NCBI GenBank assembly: GCA_036556905.1
Contig: DATBIM010000050.1
Location: 8,207-72,206 of the forward strand
Length of the DNA stretch: 64,000 nt
Reading direction: 5' to 3'
Source of the DNA: Candidatus Methylomirabilota bacterium
GTDB lineage: Bacteria; Methylomirabilota; Methylomirabilia; Rokubacteriales; CSP1-6
This document shows, one piece after another, positions 18,147-26,857 of this stretch. The position numbers and the translations under genes were made by a program. Position 1 is the first letter of the stretch. Each line of letters starts with the position of its first letter. Under the pieces are notes generated by a model that was not told the DNA's origin, ran no database searches, and saw nothing but the letters and a program-made list of their open reading frames with translations.

Positions 18147-18647
18147 GTGGACGTTACCGAAGCTAAGGACCGAATCGCGATGGCCCTGGTGGAATCGATC
18201 TTCCGCCGGGCCCGCTATCGGGTGACCGCGCTCCTTCCCGAGCGCGCACGATTTCGCTTCGTGCGCGACGACATCGTTCCGCGCCTGAGCATCAACGTGC
18301 CCGACGCCACGGGCGTGGAACGGGACGTGCCCATGGGCATCGCCTACAAGCCGTTCATCGAAGCGTTCATCGCACTGGAGAACCAGCGACGCGATTCCTC
18401 GCTGTTCGCGATTGCCCGGCGGCGGTGTCCGACGCTGCTGCTCATCCTGATCACCGATCATCCGGCGCCCGGGCGCTCGTGCTTTCAGGCCATGGCCCCG
18501 GCGGGCCTCGAGGGGCTACGCACCGTCGACCTGCTCACCCTCACTCAGCTGCGCCTGTTCCCCCACAACATCGCCGACCACGAGACGTTGCTGCGGCGGA
18601 TCTTCGCGCTGCTCTCCGACGAGCAGGTCGTCACTCGAGTCGGGTAG
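18147..18647 (+). CDS. hypothetical protein
   Basis: 166-aa ORF (GTG start) with protein-like composition. No family recognised. The overlapping antisense ORF looks like an artefact. Confidence 0.35.
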   Translation: MDVTEAKDRIAMALVESIFRRARYRVTALLPERARFRFVRDDIVPRLSINVPDATGVERDVPMGIAYKPFIEAFIALENQRRDSSLFAIARRRCPTLLLILITDHPAPGRSCFQAMAPAGLEGLRTVDLLTLTQLRLFPHNIADHETLLRRIFALLSDEQVVTRVG

Positions 18648-18674
18648 CGCGTCTGGCCGCTCGGGGGGCCGACC

Positions 18675-19367
18675 TCAGGTGATGGCCTGGGCGATGAGAA
18701 AGGCCACGCCGGCAGCGAGGCCGCCGATGAGCGCCGTCTGCAGCGCGCTGCGCCCGGGCGGGGCGCCGGTGAAGCGTCCCTTCACGTAACCAAAGACGAG
18801 CAGGGCGACGAGCGTGACCGCCGACGAGACAATCAGCGCCGTGGTCGCGCGCGGAATCAGCATGTACGGCCAGAGCGGGATGAGGCCTCCCAGGACGTAG
18901 GCCCCACCGATGGTGATGGCGCTGCGCAACGCGCGCCGAGGATCCGGGCGCTCCAGGCCGAGCTCGAAGCGCATCATGAAGTCGACCCAGCCCTCAAGGT
19001 TGCGCTGCAAGGCCTCCACCAGCGGGGCCGCGGCCTCCGCCTTCACCCCGTAGCCCTCCAGCACTTCGAACACCTCGGTGGCCTCGGCCTGGGGCTTCTC
19101 CCGGACCTCGCGCTGTTCGCGCCGGCGCTCGCTGGCGTAGTGCTCGGCGTCGCTCCGGGCTGCCAGGTAGCCTCCCAAGCCCATGGCGATGGCGCCGGCC
19201 CCGATCTCGGCGAGCCCGGCCACCACGATGATCCAGGTCGCGTCGATGGCGCCGGTGAGCCCGGCGGCCAGGGCGAAGGGCACGGTCAACCCATCGGCCA
19301 TGCCGAGCACGAGGTCGCGCACGGCCCGGTTCCCGGTGAAATGCCGCTCGGGATGGACCAGTGTCAT
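18675..19367 (-). CDS. VIT1/CCC1-family iron/manganese transporter
   Basis: N-terminal LVLGMADGLTVPFALAAGL, central acidic loop, then two or three TM helices; typical VIT architecture. Confidence 0.7.
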   Translation of the reverse strand: MTLVHPERHFTGNRAVRDLVLGMADGLTVPFALAAGLTGAIDATWIIVVAGLAEIGAGAIAMGLGGYLAARSDAEHYASERRREQREVREKPQAEATEVFEVLEGYGVKAEAAAPLVEALQRNLEGWVDFMMRFELGLERPDPRRALRSAITIGGAYVLGGLIPLWPYMLIPRATTALIVSSAVTLVALLVFGYVKGRFTGAPPGRSALQTALIGGLAAGVAFLIAQAIT

Positions 19368-19894
19368 GCGTCGACCGGACTGACGCCGATCTTGTGGCGC
19401 TGGGCCAACGCCTGGTAGCCGCTGGGGTTGGCCCGCACCCAGAATTCGGCCGGCGTTCCAGCCAGCGGTCCCTTGACCCGCGCCGGCGCGCCCACGGCCA
19501 GGACACCGGCGGGGATAGCGGTGCCCGGCGTCACCAGCGCCCCGGCCGCCACCATGGCTCGCGCGCCGATACGCGCGCCGTCCAGGACCGTAGCTCCGTT
19601 GCCGACCAGGGCCTCTTCCTCCAGCACGGCGCCGTGGACGACGCAGGTGTGGCCGATCGTCGCGCCGGCCCCGATCTCCACCGGATGCATGGGCGTCACG
19701 TGCACGACCGCACAGTCCTGGACGTTGGCGCCGCGCCGGATCACCACCGGTCCGAAGTCGGCGCGGACGACGGCGTTATACCACACCGACGCATTTTCCT
19801 CGACGGTCACGTCGCCGATCAACACGGCCGTCGGCGCGATGAAGGCGGAGGCGTGCACCGTGGGGCGTTTTCCCTCGAAGCTGAACAGTGGCAT
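19364..19894 (-). CDS. gamma-class carbonic anhydrase family protein (left-handed beta-helix, YrdA/PaaY-like)
   Basis: 176 aa. Hexapeptide repeats and the HVTPMHPVEIGAGATIGHTCVVHG His-ligand region. 4-nt overlap with the VIT gene. Confidence 0.8.
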   Translation of the reverse strand: MPLFSFEGKRPTVHASAFIAPTAVLIGDVTVEENASVWYNAVVRADFGPVVIRRGANVQDCAVVHVTPMHPVEIGAGATIGHTCVVHGAVLEEEALVGNGATVLDGARIGARAMVAAGALVTPGTAIPAGVLAVGAPARVKGPLAGTPAEFWVRANPSGYQALAQRHKIGVSPVDA

Positions 19895-19950
19895 AGGGCG
19901 GGCCCTCGCAGTATCCTCGGGTTCGTCGACCCAATCTTACGCGAACCCTC

Positions 19951-20994
19951 ATGTCGATAGAGACGCCGATTCGGTACCCTCGGATAGCCGCGGTGGCCAC
20001 CGCCTCGCCACCCCATCGCTTCAGCCAGGCCGACCTGCTGGCGCTGGCTGGCTACGGCGACTCCCAGCGTCGAGGCTTCTTCGAGCGCAGCGACATCGAG
20101 AGCCGCTTCCTCTGCATCGACCCCACACGTTTCCATCCTCCCGAGAGCGTGGACGAGATGCAGGCCCGGTTCAGCGAGGGAGCGCTGACGCTGGGGGAGG
20201 CAGCGGCGCGGCAGGGCCTGGCCCGGGCTGGCTGGATCGCCCCGGACCTCGACTTCCTCGTCACCACCACGTGTACCGGGCGTCTGACCCCGAGCCTGGA
20301 CGCCCACCTGATCGCCCGCCTGGGCTGCCGACCCGATATCCAGCGGGCGCACATCGGCGACACCGGCTGCGCGTCAGCCATGGTGGCGCTGCAGCAGGCG
20401 TGGAATCACCTGCGGGCCTTCCCCACTCACCGGGCGCTGGTGATCGCCGTAGAGATCTGCTCGGCGGCGTACTACCTGGACCATCGCCTGGAATCCGCGG
20501 TGGCCCACGCGATCTTCGCGGATGGGGCCGGCGCCGTGGCCCTGTCCCTCGAGGGATCGGGGCCGGCCATCGTGGCCCATCGGACACTGTTCCGCTCCGA
20601 GCACCTCGACGCCATGGGCTTCGAGTACCCGGGCGGGCGCCCTCGCGTGGTCCTCTCCAAGGACGTGCGGCGGATCGGACCCGCCATGCTGAAGGAGATG
20701 GCCCAGGTGCTGATGGACGCACAGGGGCTCAAGCGAGAGGACATTCGTCACTGGGTGCTGCATTCGGCGGGCCGCCGGGTGCTCGAGCGGGCGGCCGGCC
20801 TGCTCGGTCTGGGCGATGCGGAGATGGCGCACGCCCGCGCGGTGCTGCGCACGCACGGAAACATGTCCTCGGCAACGATCCTCTTCGTGCTCCAGCGGAC
20901 GTTGCAGGCCGGATCCCCGATGCCGGGCGAGTGGGGCCTCATGATCGGGCTCGGCCCCGGCTTCGCGGCCGAGGGCGCCCTGCTCTGCTGGTGA
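19951..20994 (+). CDS. type III polyketide synthase (chalcone/stilbene synthase superfamily)
   Basis: 347 aa. Active-site Cys context IGDTGCASAMVAL, C-terminal GLGPGFAAEGALL (the GFGPG signature) and a CHS-like N-terminus. Confidence 0.8.
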   Translation: MSIETPIRYPRIAAVATASPPHRFSQADLLALAGYGDSQRRGFFERSDIESRFLCIDPTRFHPPESVDEMQARFSEGALTLGEAAARQGLARAGWIAPDLDFLVTTTCTGRLTPSLDAHLIARLGCRPDIQRAHIGDTGCASAMVALQQAWNHLRAFPTHRALVIAVEICSAAYYLDHRLESAVAHAIFADGAGAVALSLEGSGPAIVAHRTLFRSEHLDAMGFEYPGGRPRVVLSKDVRRIGPAMLKEMAQVLMDAQGLKREDIRHWVLHSAGRRVLERAAGLLGLGDAEMAHARAVLRTHGNMSSATILFVLQRTLQAGSPMPGEWGLMIGLGPGFAAEGALLCW

Positions 20995-20995
20995 G

Positions 20996-21673
20996 GTGAT
21001 GCTGCCCCGCGCGGAAGGCGCGCGCGAATACCTGGACGGACCCGTCCCCGGGGTCGACCGCGAGGCCTCGCTGGCCGATATCCATCGCCTCAACGCCTGG
21101 TTCGGCGGCTACCGGCTCAGCGAACGAGCGATCGAGCGGCTGATGCGGGCGGCGCTGCGGGACGCCGCCTTGTGCATCGTGGACGTCGGGGGCGCTCGGG
21201 GCGACCTGGCTGCACGGCTGATGGCCCGGGCGCGCCGGCGGGGTCGCCGCCTGGTCGTGATCGTGGTCGACCGCGACGGCGCCGTGCGGCCCCGGCCGGG
21301 TGTGGTCGTGGTGCGGGCCGACGCCACCGCGCTGCCCTTTCGACCCGGCGCGGCCGACGTCGTGACGGCTTCGCTGCTGCTCCATCACCTCGAGCCCCCC
21401 GCCGCAGTCCGGAGCCTGGTCGAGATGCGGGCGACCGCCCGCCGGGGCGTCGTCATCAATGATCTGCTCCGGAGCCGGCTCACGCTCGCTCTCGTGTGGC
21501 TCGTCACCCGGCTGTTCACGCGCCATCGGTTCGCGCGTCACGACGGGCCCCTCTCGGTGCGCCGCGCCTACTCGCCCGCCGAGCTGTCCGCGCTTGCCGC
21601 GCGGGCTGGTCTGGCGCGCTTCGATGTGCGGCGCCACCCGTGGCTGGGGCGGATCGTAGCCGTGGCCGAATGA
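20996..21673 (+). CDS. class I SAM-dependent methyltransferase
   Basis: 225 aa. Motif I-like IVDVGGARGDLAARL, motif II/III around VVVVRADATALPF, then SLLLHHLEPP. Starts 2 nt after the PKS stop. Confidence 0.7.
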   Translation: MMLPRAEGAREYLDGPVPGVDREASLADIHRLNAWFGGYRLSERAIERLMRAALRDAALCIVDVGGARGDLAARLMARARRRGRRLVVIVVDRDGAVRPRPGVVVVRADATALPFRPGAADVVTASLLLHHLEPPAAVRSLVEMRATARRGVVINDLLRSRLTLALVWLVTRLFTRHRFARHDGPLSVRRAYSPAELSALAARAGLARFDVRRHPWLGRIVAVAE

Positions 21674-22869
21674 CGGCGCGCGCCGATGTCGTCGTCGTGG
21701 GAGCCGGGCCGGCCGGCGCCGCCACCGCCATCCTGCTCGCCGAGCGTGGCCTGGAGGTCGTGGTGCTCGATCGGGCTCGTTTCCCTCGGCCCAAGCTCTG
21801 CGGCGAGTATCTAAGTCCGGAGGCCACGCGGCTCCTCGACCGTCTCGGCGTGCTCAAGGCGGTGGATGCTGCCGGCGCCGCCCCTCTCCGGGGAATGCGC
21901 ATCACCGCCCCCGACGGCACGGTCGTGGGGGGCAGGTACCGTCCGGTCGGTTCCTGGCGGCCCTATCGTGATCACGCCCTCGGGGTCAGTCGCGCCACCC
22001 TCGACGCGGTGCTGGTGGATCGTCTGCGAAGCTTGCCCGTGGATTTCCGCGAACAGACGCGCGTCACCGAGCTGCGGTGGGAGGGCCAGCAGATCGTGGG
22101 CGTCAACACCGTCGATGCGTCGGGCCGGGCCCAGCCCGTTCGGGCCCGGCTGGTGATCGGCGCCGATGGTCGAAGCTCGGTGGTGGCTCACCAGCTCGGC
22201 TGTCGCCGACCCCACCGCCTCCGTCGCATGGCGCTGGTGACCTATGTGCGGTCCATCGCCGGCTGCCGGGACGTCGGCGAGATCTTCGTCGACCCGCCGG
22301 ACTACGCGATCCTCAACCCCCTGGCCCCCGATCGCGTGAACATGAGCCTGGTGGTGCCACTCGACCACGTGGCGCCCTGGAGCGACCGGCTAGAGGTGTT
22401 CTTCGACGCCCGGGTCAAACAGCTCCGCCACCTGGCCCGGCGCATCGCCGGCGCCGAGCGGATCACGCCCGTGCAGGCGATGGGGCCGCTGGCCTACACG
22501 GTGAGGCCGCCGGTGCAGGGCGGCGTGCTGCTGGTGGGTGATGCCGCGGGGTTTTACGACCCGCTCACCGGGGAGGGCGTGTTCAGCGCGTTGCGGGGGG
22601 CCGAACTGATCGCGGAGACGGCCACCCGCGCCTTCCACGCCGGCGACTGGTCGTGGGTCACGCTCGCCAGCTACGAGCGCGCCCGTCGCGCGGTGTTCGC
22701 CGGCAAGGAGCGCTTCACCCGTGCACTCCAGTTCGTGGTGCGACGGCGCCGGCTGGCCGATCTGACCGCCCACCTCCTGGCGCGGCATCCCGCCCGCGTC
22801 GACCTTCTCCTCGGCGTGGCCGGCGACTACGTGCCGCCGCGCGCGCTCCTGGGCGCCGATCGAGCATGA
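21670..22869 (+). CDS. FAD-dependent oxidoreductase (COG0644, geranylgeranyl-reductase/FixC-like family)
   Basis: VVVVGAGPAGAATA Rossmann motif and GDAAGFYDPLTGEGV signature. ATGA overlap with the methyltransferase stop. Confidence 0.8.
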   Translation: MTARADVVVVGAGPAGAATAILLAERGLEVVVLDRARFPRPKLCGEYLSPEATRLLDRLGVLKAVDAAGAAPLRGMRITAPDGTVVGGRYRPVGSWRPYRDHALGVSRATLDAVLVDRLRSLPVDFREQTRVTELRWEGQQIVGVNTVDASGRAQPVRARLVIGADGRSSVVAHQLGCRRPHRLRRMALVTYVRSIAGCRDVGEIFVDPPDYAILNPLAPDRVNMSLVVPLDHVAPWSDRLEVFFDARVKQLRHLARRIAGAERITPVQAMGPLAYTVRPPVQGGVLLVGDAAGFYDPLTGEGVFSALRGAELIAETATRAFHAGDWSWVTLASYERARRAVFAGKERFTRALQFVVRRRRLADLTAHLLARHPARVDLLLGVAGDYVPPRALLGADRA

Positions 22870-23531
22870 CGACCCGCGCCGACCCCCTGCCTCGTCGGTT
22901 CGCCAGGCTCTCCACGGCCGCCGTCACCGACGTGATGGATGAGATGGGTCTGCAACGCCAGACGTTGCCCTCGGCGATCCAGCCGCTGACTCCCGACATG
23001 CGCGTGGCCGGCTACGCCTTCACAGTCCGGGGCCGGGCCCGGCGCGGGAGTCCGCGCGAGCGCGACGCCACGCTGCGACGCTTCCTCGAAATGTTGACCG
23101 CGGTGCCCGCCGACTCGGTGCTGGTGCTGGCCAGCAATGACAGTTCCGCGGCCCACTTCGGCGAGCTGTCGGCGGCGTGGCTCCGCAGCCGGCGAGTGCG
23201 TGGTGTCGTCATCGACGGGGCCACCCGGGACAGCGCGATGATCAGTCGGCTGGGTTTTCCCACCTTCGTCCGCTATCGAACGCCTCAGGACTCGGTGCCG
23301 CGCTGGCGCGTCAGCGACTGGGGGTTGCCCGTCGTCATCGGAGGCGTCCGGGTGACGCTCGGCGACGTCATCGTGGCGGACCTCGACGGCGTCGTCATCG
23401 TCCCCCGACGCGCCGCCCACGAGGTGCTGGTCCGCTGCGAGCGCCTGGTGAACACGGAGCATCGGGTGCGGGCGGCGCTCCGACGGGGGATGTCCCCGCT
23501 CGACGCCTACAAGAAGTTCGGCAGCTTCTGA
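22866..23531 (+). CDS. RraA-family protein (ribonuclease E inhibitor / 4-hydroxy-4-methyl-2-oxoglutarate aldolase-like)
   Basis: 221 aa. Conserved AVTDVMDEMG, VVIDGATRD and DVIVADLDGVVIVP blocks. ATGA overlap with the upstream gene. Confidence 0.75.
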   Translation: MTTRADPLPRRFARLSTAAVTDVMDEMGLQRQTLPSAIQPLTPDMRVAGYAFTVRGRARRGSPRERDATLRRFLEMLTAVPADSVLVLASNDSSAAHFGELSAAWLRSRRVRGVVIDGATRDSAMISRLGFPTFVRYRTPQDSVPRWRVSDWGLPVVIGGVRVTLGDVIVADLDGVVIVPRRAAHEVLVRCERLVNTEHRVRAALRRGMSPLDAYKKFGSF

Positions 23532-23543
23532 GGTGAAGGGTCG

Positions 23544-24887
23544 CTACCGGGGTTTGGCAGGGACACGGCCGCCGGCGCTGGCCAGCGGTCCCTCGATCCG
23601 GTCGCGGACCCACTTGCCGTCCCACCACTCGAGCGGCGTCACCGAGACCCCCTGGATCAGGACCTCGTAGTGCAGGTGATCACCGGTGGCCAGGCCCGTG
23701 GTGCCGGTGCGACCGATCTCCTGTCCTCGGCTCACATGGTCGCCGACCTTCACGCGGATCCCCGAGAGGTGGCCGTAGAGCGTCATGAGCCCCAGGCCGT
23801 GGTCGATGATGATCGTGTTGCCATAGATGGTGAGCGGACCGGCGAAGACAACCGCGCCGTTGTTGGCGGCGGGCACCGGGGCCTGTTTGGTGGAGGCCAG
23901 GTCATAGCCGAAGTGAATCTGGGTGTCGATGTCGCGCCCCTGATAACGGTAGGTGCGGGTCTCGGCAAAGTTCGAGAAGACCTTGGTGTTCTTCGGTTGC
24001 ACGAAGGCGCCGTCCCAGAGGGGCCGGTCGGCGGTCTTCGCGGCCAGCCGTCGCTTCTCCTCCTCGGCCTGGCGACGCTGGTCGCGATTGATCGTCAGGA
24101 AGCCCTCCACCAGGGCCCGCCCGGGCGGGTGCTGGGGCAGAAGCTCCGCGACCTTCACCTGCAGCAAGGCATCCGTCACCTCGATCGTGTCGCGGCGGAA
24201 ACGCCGCGGCAGCACCTCGATTCCGACGCCGCGGGTCGCCGTGTTGCCGGCCTCATCCTGAGCGTTGACGGTCAGGGCGCTGCCCCGCGTGAAGTCATGG
24301 GGCAAGGCAAAGAGTCCGACCCGGAGGCCGCCACTCCCGAAGGCGAAGGTGGGAAAGCTCAGTGTCGCCACCCGGGTCTCGGCCCGGGTGGCATCACCAG
24401 CCCGTAGCACCACCAGCCCCGCGCCGCCCGGCGCCACATAGGGCGTGGCCGCCACGACCTCGAGCCGGGGCGGCGTGAAGTCGACGGCGATGGGGAAACT
24501 GGCGGCCGCGCGCTGGGCGCGGCCGAACGGCCGCCAGAAATCATCGGCGGCCCACACCTCCAGGGTGCCGGCACCCTCCCGGATACCACCGTCCGGTGTG
24601 AGCGTGGCCACGACCTCGACCCGTGACGTCGGGCGGCCCTCGTAGCGACCGACGACGGTGACGGCCTCGCCCTGCACAACCCGAACCTCGGCGCGGGAGA
24701 CGTTACCGCGCGCCGCCTCCACGACCAGGGTCACCGGCATGCGCGACCCGATCGCCCGCTTCGGCGCGCCGGTCACCTGGACGCCGGGAACGGACTGCCG
24801 CCAGGTGAGGTATGCGACGCTGCCGCCGATGACGATCAGAAGGAATACGACGATCAATGAGAGCTTCAAGCGAGACCGCCGAGGCAC
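23544..24887 (-). CDS. M23-family metallopeptidase (LytM/lysostaphin-like) with N-terminal TM anchor
   Basis: C-terminal M23 domain (HFGYDLAS, GLMTLYGHLS, GDHLHYEV). GTG at 24887 is preferred over the ATG at 24956, which would overlap the nuoL promoter. Confidence 0.75.
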   Translation of the reverse strand: MPRRSRLKLSLIVVFLLIVIGGSVAYLTWRQSVPGVQVTGAPKRAIGSRMPVTLVVEAARGNVSRAEVRVVQGEAVTVVGRYEGRPTSRVEVVATLTPDGGIREGAGTLEVWAADDFWRPFGRAQRAAASFPIAVDFTPPRLEVVAATPYVAPGGAGLVVLRAGDATRAETRVATLSFPTFAFGSGGLRVGLFALPHDFTRGSALTVNAQDEAGNTATRGVGIEVLPRRFRRDTIEVTDALLQVKVAELLPQHPPGRALVEGFLTINRDQRRQAEEEKRRLAAKTADRPLWDGAFVQPKNTKVFSNFAETRTYRYQGRDIDTQIHFGYDLASTKQAPVPAANNGAVVFAGPLTIYGNTIIIDHGLGLMTLYGHLSGIRVKVGDHVSRGQEIGRTGTTGLATGDHLHYEVLIQGVSVTPLEWWDGKWVRDRIEGPLASAGGRVPAKPR

Positions 24888-24949
24888 GAACGCATCATAG
24901 CACGCTGCTACGCTGGCGCCGTTGCAGTAGCATCGCACCGGCTCGTTGC

Positions 24950-24979
24950 TTGACACTGCTGCCGACCGTTGGCTAGAGT
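24950..24979 (+). promoter_or_regulatory. putative sigma70-type promoter of nuoLMN (TTGACA-N18-TAGAGT)
   Basis: TTGACA at 24950-24955 and TAGAGT at 24974-24979. The nuoL GTG follows at 24986, only 7 nt after the -10 element, so the mRNA would be leaderless or very short-leadered. Confidence 0.4.
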
Positions 24980-24985
24980 GACGCG

Positions 24986-26857
24986 GTGTCCACGGTCGTC
25001 TGGTTGGTCCCCGCCTTTCCGTTGCTCGGCGCGCTTTTCAACATCCTCGGAGGACGCTACATCGGTCGCCGTGCCCACTGGATCGCGGTGCCCGCGCTCG
25101 CCGCCTCCTGCGTGGCCGCGGGTGTCGTGTTCGCCGGCGTGCGCCAGGGCCAGGTCGTGACGACCGCGCTCTTTCCGTGGGTGATCGCGGGGGAGTTCGA
25201 GAGCTCGGTGAGCGCTCACGTCGACCCGCTGAGCGCGGTCATGCTGCTCGTCGTCACTGGCGTGGGCCTCCTCATCCACGTCTACTCGGTGGGCTACATG
25301 CACGCCGATGCCAGCTACGCCCGCTACTTCGGGTATCTGAACCTCTTCGTGTTCTCCATGACGATGCTCGTGCTAGCCGGTAACTTTCTCCTCCTCTACG
25401 TCTTCTGGGAGGCCGTCGGTCTCTGCTCGTATCTGTTGATCGGCTTCTGGTACACCCGCCCGGCGGCAGCCCAGGCGGGCAAGAAGGCGTTCGTCGTCAA
25501 CCGCGTGGGTGATTTCGGCTTCGGCCTGGCCGTGATGTGGCTGTGGCGGGAACTGGGCACGCTCGATTACGGCGAGGTGTTCGCCCGCGCCGGCGAGCTC
25601 ACGCCGCCCACGGCGACGGCCATCGCGCTGTTGCTGTTCATGGGCGCCTGCGGCAAATCGGCGCAACTCCCGCTCCACACCTGGCTCCCCGACGCGATGG
25701 AGGGCCCCACGCCGGTCTCGGCGCTGATCCACGCCGCGACCATGGTCACCGCCGGCGTGTACATGGTGGCCCGTAGCCACGCCGTGTTCGAGCGCTCGGA
25801 GGTGGCCCTGGAGGTGGTCGCCTGGGTGGGAGTGATCACGGCACTGTTCGCCGCGACCATCGCGATGGCCCAGACCGATATCAAGCGGGTGCTCGCCTAC
25901 TCCACGGTGAGCCAGCTCGGCTACATGTTCGCGGCGGTGGGGCTGGGGGCCTACGCGGCGGGGATCTTTCACCTGGTGACGCACGCGTTCTTCAAGGCCC
26001 TGCTCTTTCTCGGCGCCGGCAGCGTGATTCACAGCCTCAACGGCGAACAGGACCTGCGCCGGATGGGCGGCCTGGCGCCCAAGATGGTGGCCACGACCCT
26101 CACCATGACGGTGGGCGCGGCCGCGCTGGCCGGAGTTCCCCCCCTGGCCGGATTCTTCTCCAAGGACGAGATCCTGCACTCCGCCTTCACGCGCGCCCCG
26201 GTGATCTGGGTCCTGCTGCTGCTGGGCGCCTTTCTCACTGCCTTCTACACCTTCCGGTTGATCTTCCTGGCCTTCTTCGGCTCGCCGCGAATGTCGCGGG
26301 AGGTCGCCCACCACGTCCACGACTCGCCCGGCGTGATGACGCTGCCGCTCGGTGTGCTGGCCCTGCTCACGATCGTGGCCGGCTGGGCGATCGGCCTGCC
26401 CTCGGCGCACGGGACCCGCTTCGAGCGGTTCCTCAGCCCCGTGTTCCCGGCTCACGACGCCACCAGCAGCGGGGTGCTGACGCTCATGCTGGGTGTGCTC
26501 AGCGTGGTGGCGGCCGCCTCCGGTATCACCCTGGCCTGGTTCCGCTATCTGGCCACGCCGGTGCGGGCCGAGAGCATCGGACGGCCACGGTCCCTGGTCC
26601 ACGCGCTGCTGCTCAACGCCTACTATGTCGACCAGCTCTACGACCGCGCCATCGTGCGGCCCGGGCTGGCGCTGTCGGAGTTTTTGGCCCGGGCGATCGA
26701 TCTCAGCGTCATCGACGGCATCGTGAACGGGGTAGGACGGGCCGTCGTGAGCGGGGCGGCCGCGGCGCGGCGCTGGCAAACGGGGTACGTGGTGAACTAC
26801 GCGCTGACCATGCTGGTGGGCGCGGTGGTCCTGGTCGCCTTTTTCTTGACGCGATGA
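24986..26857 (+). CDS. nuoL: NADH-quinone oxidoreductase subunit L
   Basis: 623 aa, about 16 TM segments, NuoL/ND5 antiporter-like blocks and the lateral-helix region. Confidence 0.9.
   Translation: MSTVVWLVPAFPLLGALFNILGGRYIGRRAHWIAVPALAASCVAAGVVFAGVRQGQVVTTALFPWVIAGEFESSVSAHVDPLSAVMLLVVTGVGLLIHVYSVGYMHADASYARYFGYLNLFVFSMTMLVLAGNFLLLYVFWEAVGLCSYLLIGFWYTRPAAAQAGKKAFVVNRVGDFGFGLAVMWLWRELGTLDYGEVFARAGELTPPTATAIALLLFMGACGKSAQLPLHTWLPDAMEGPTPVSALIHAATMVTAGVYMVARSHAVFERSEVALEVVAWVGVITALFAATIAMAQTDIKRVLAYSTVSQLGYMFAAVGLGAYAAGIFHLVTHAFFKALLFLGAGSVIHSLNGEQDLRRMGGLAPKMVATTLTMTVGAAALAGVPPLAGFFSKDEILHSAFTRAPVIWVLLLLGAFLTAFYTFRLIFLAFFGSPRMSREVAHHVHDSPGVMTLPLGVLALLTIVAGWAIGLPSAHGTRFERFLSPVFPAHDATSSGVLTLMLGVLSVVAAASGITLAWFRYLATPVRAESIGRPRSLVHALLLNAYYVDQLYDRAIVRPGLALSEFLARAIDLSVIDGIVNGVGRAVVSGAAAARRWQTGYVVNYALTMLVGAVVLVAFFLTR

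Noticed and set aside
19951-20994. PKS-like gene as FabH (KAS III)
   Set aside because: The C-terminal GFGPG-type signature (GLGPGFAAEG), about 347 aa length and CHS-like N-terminus favour a type III PKS over FabH. The neighbouring methyltransferase and flavoprotein also fit a tailoring context.
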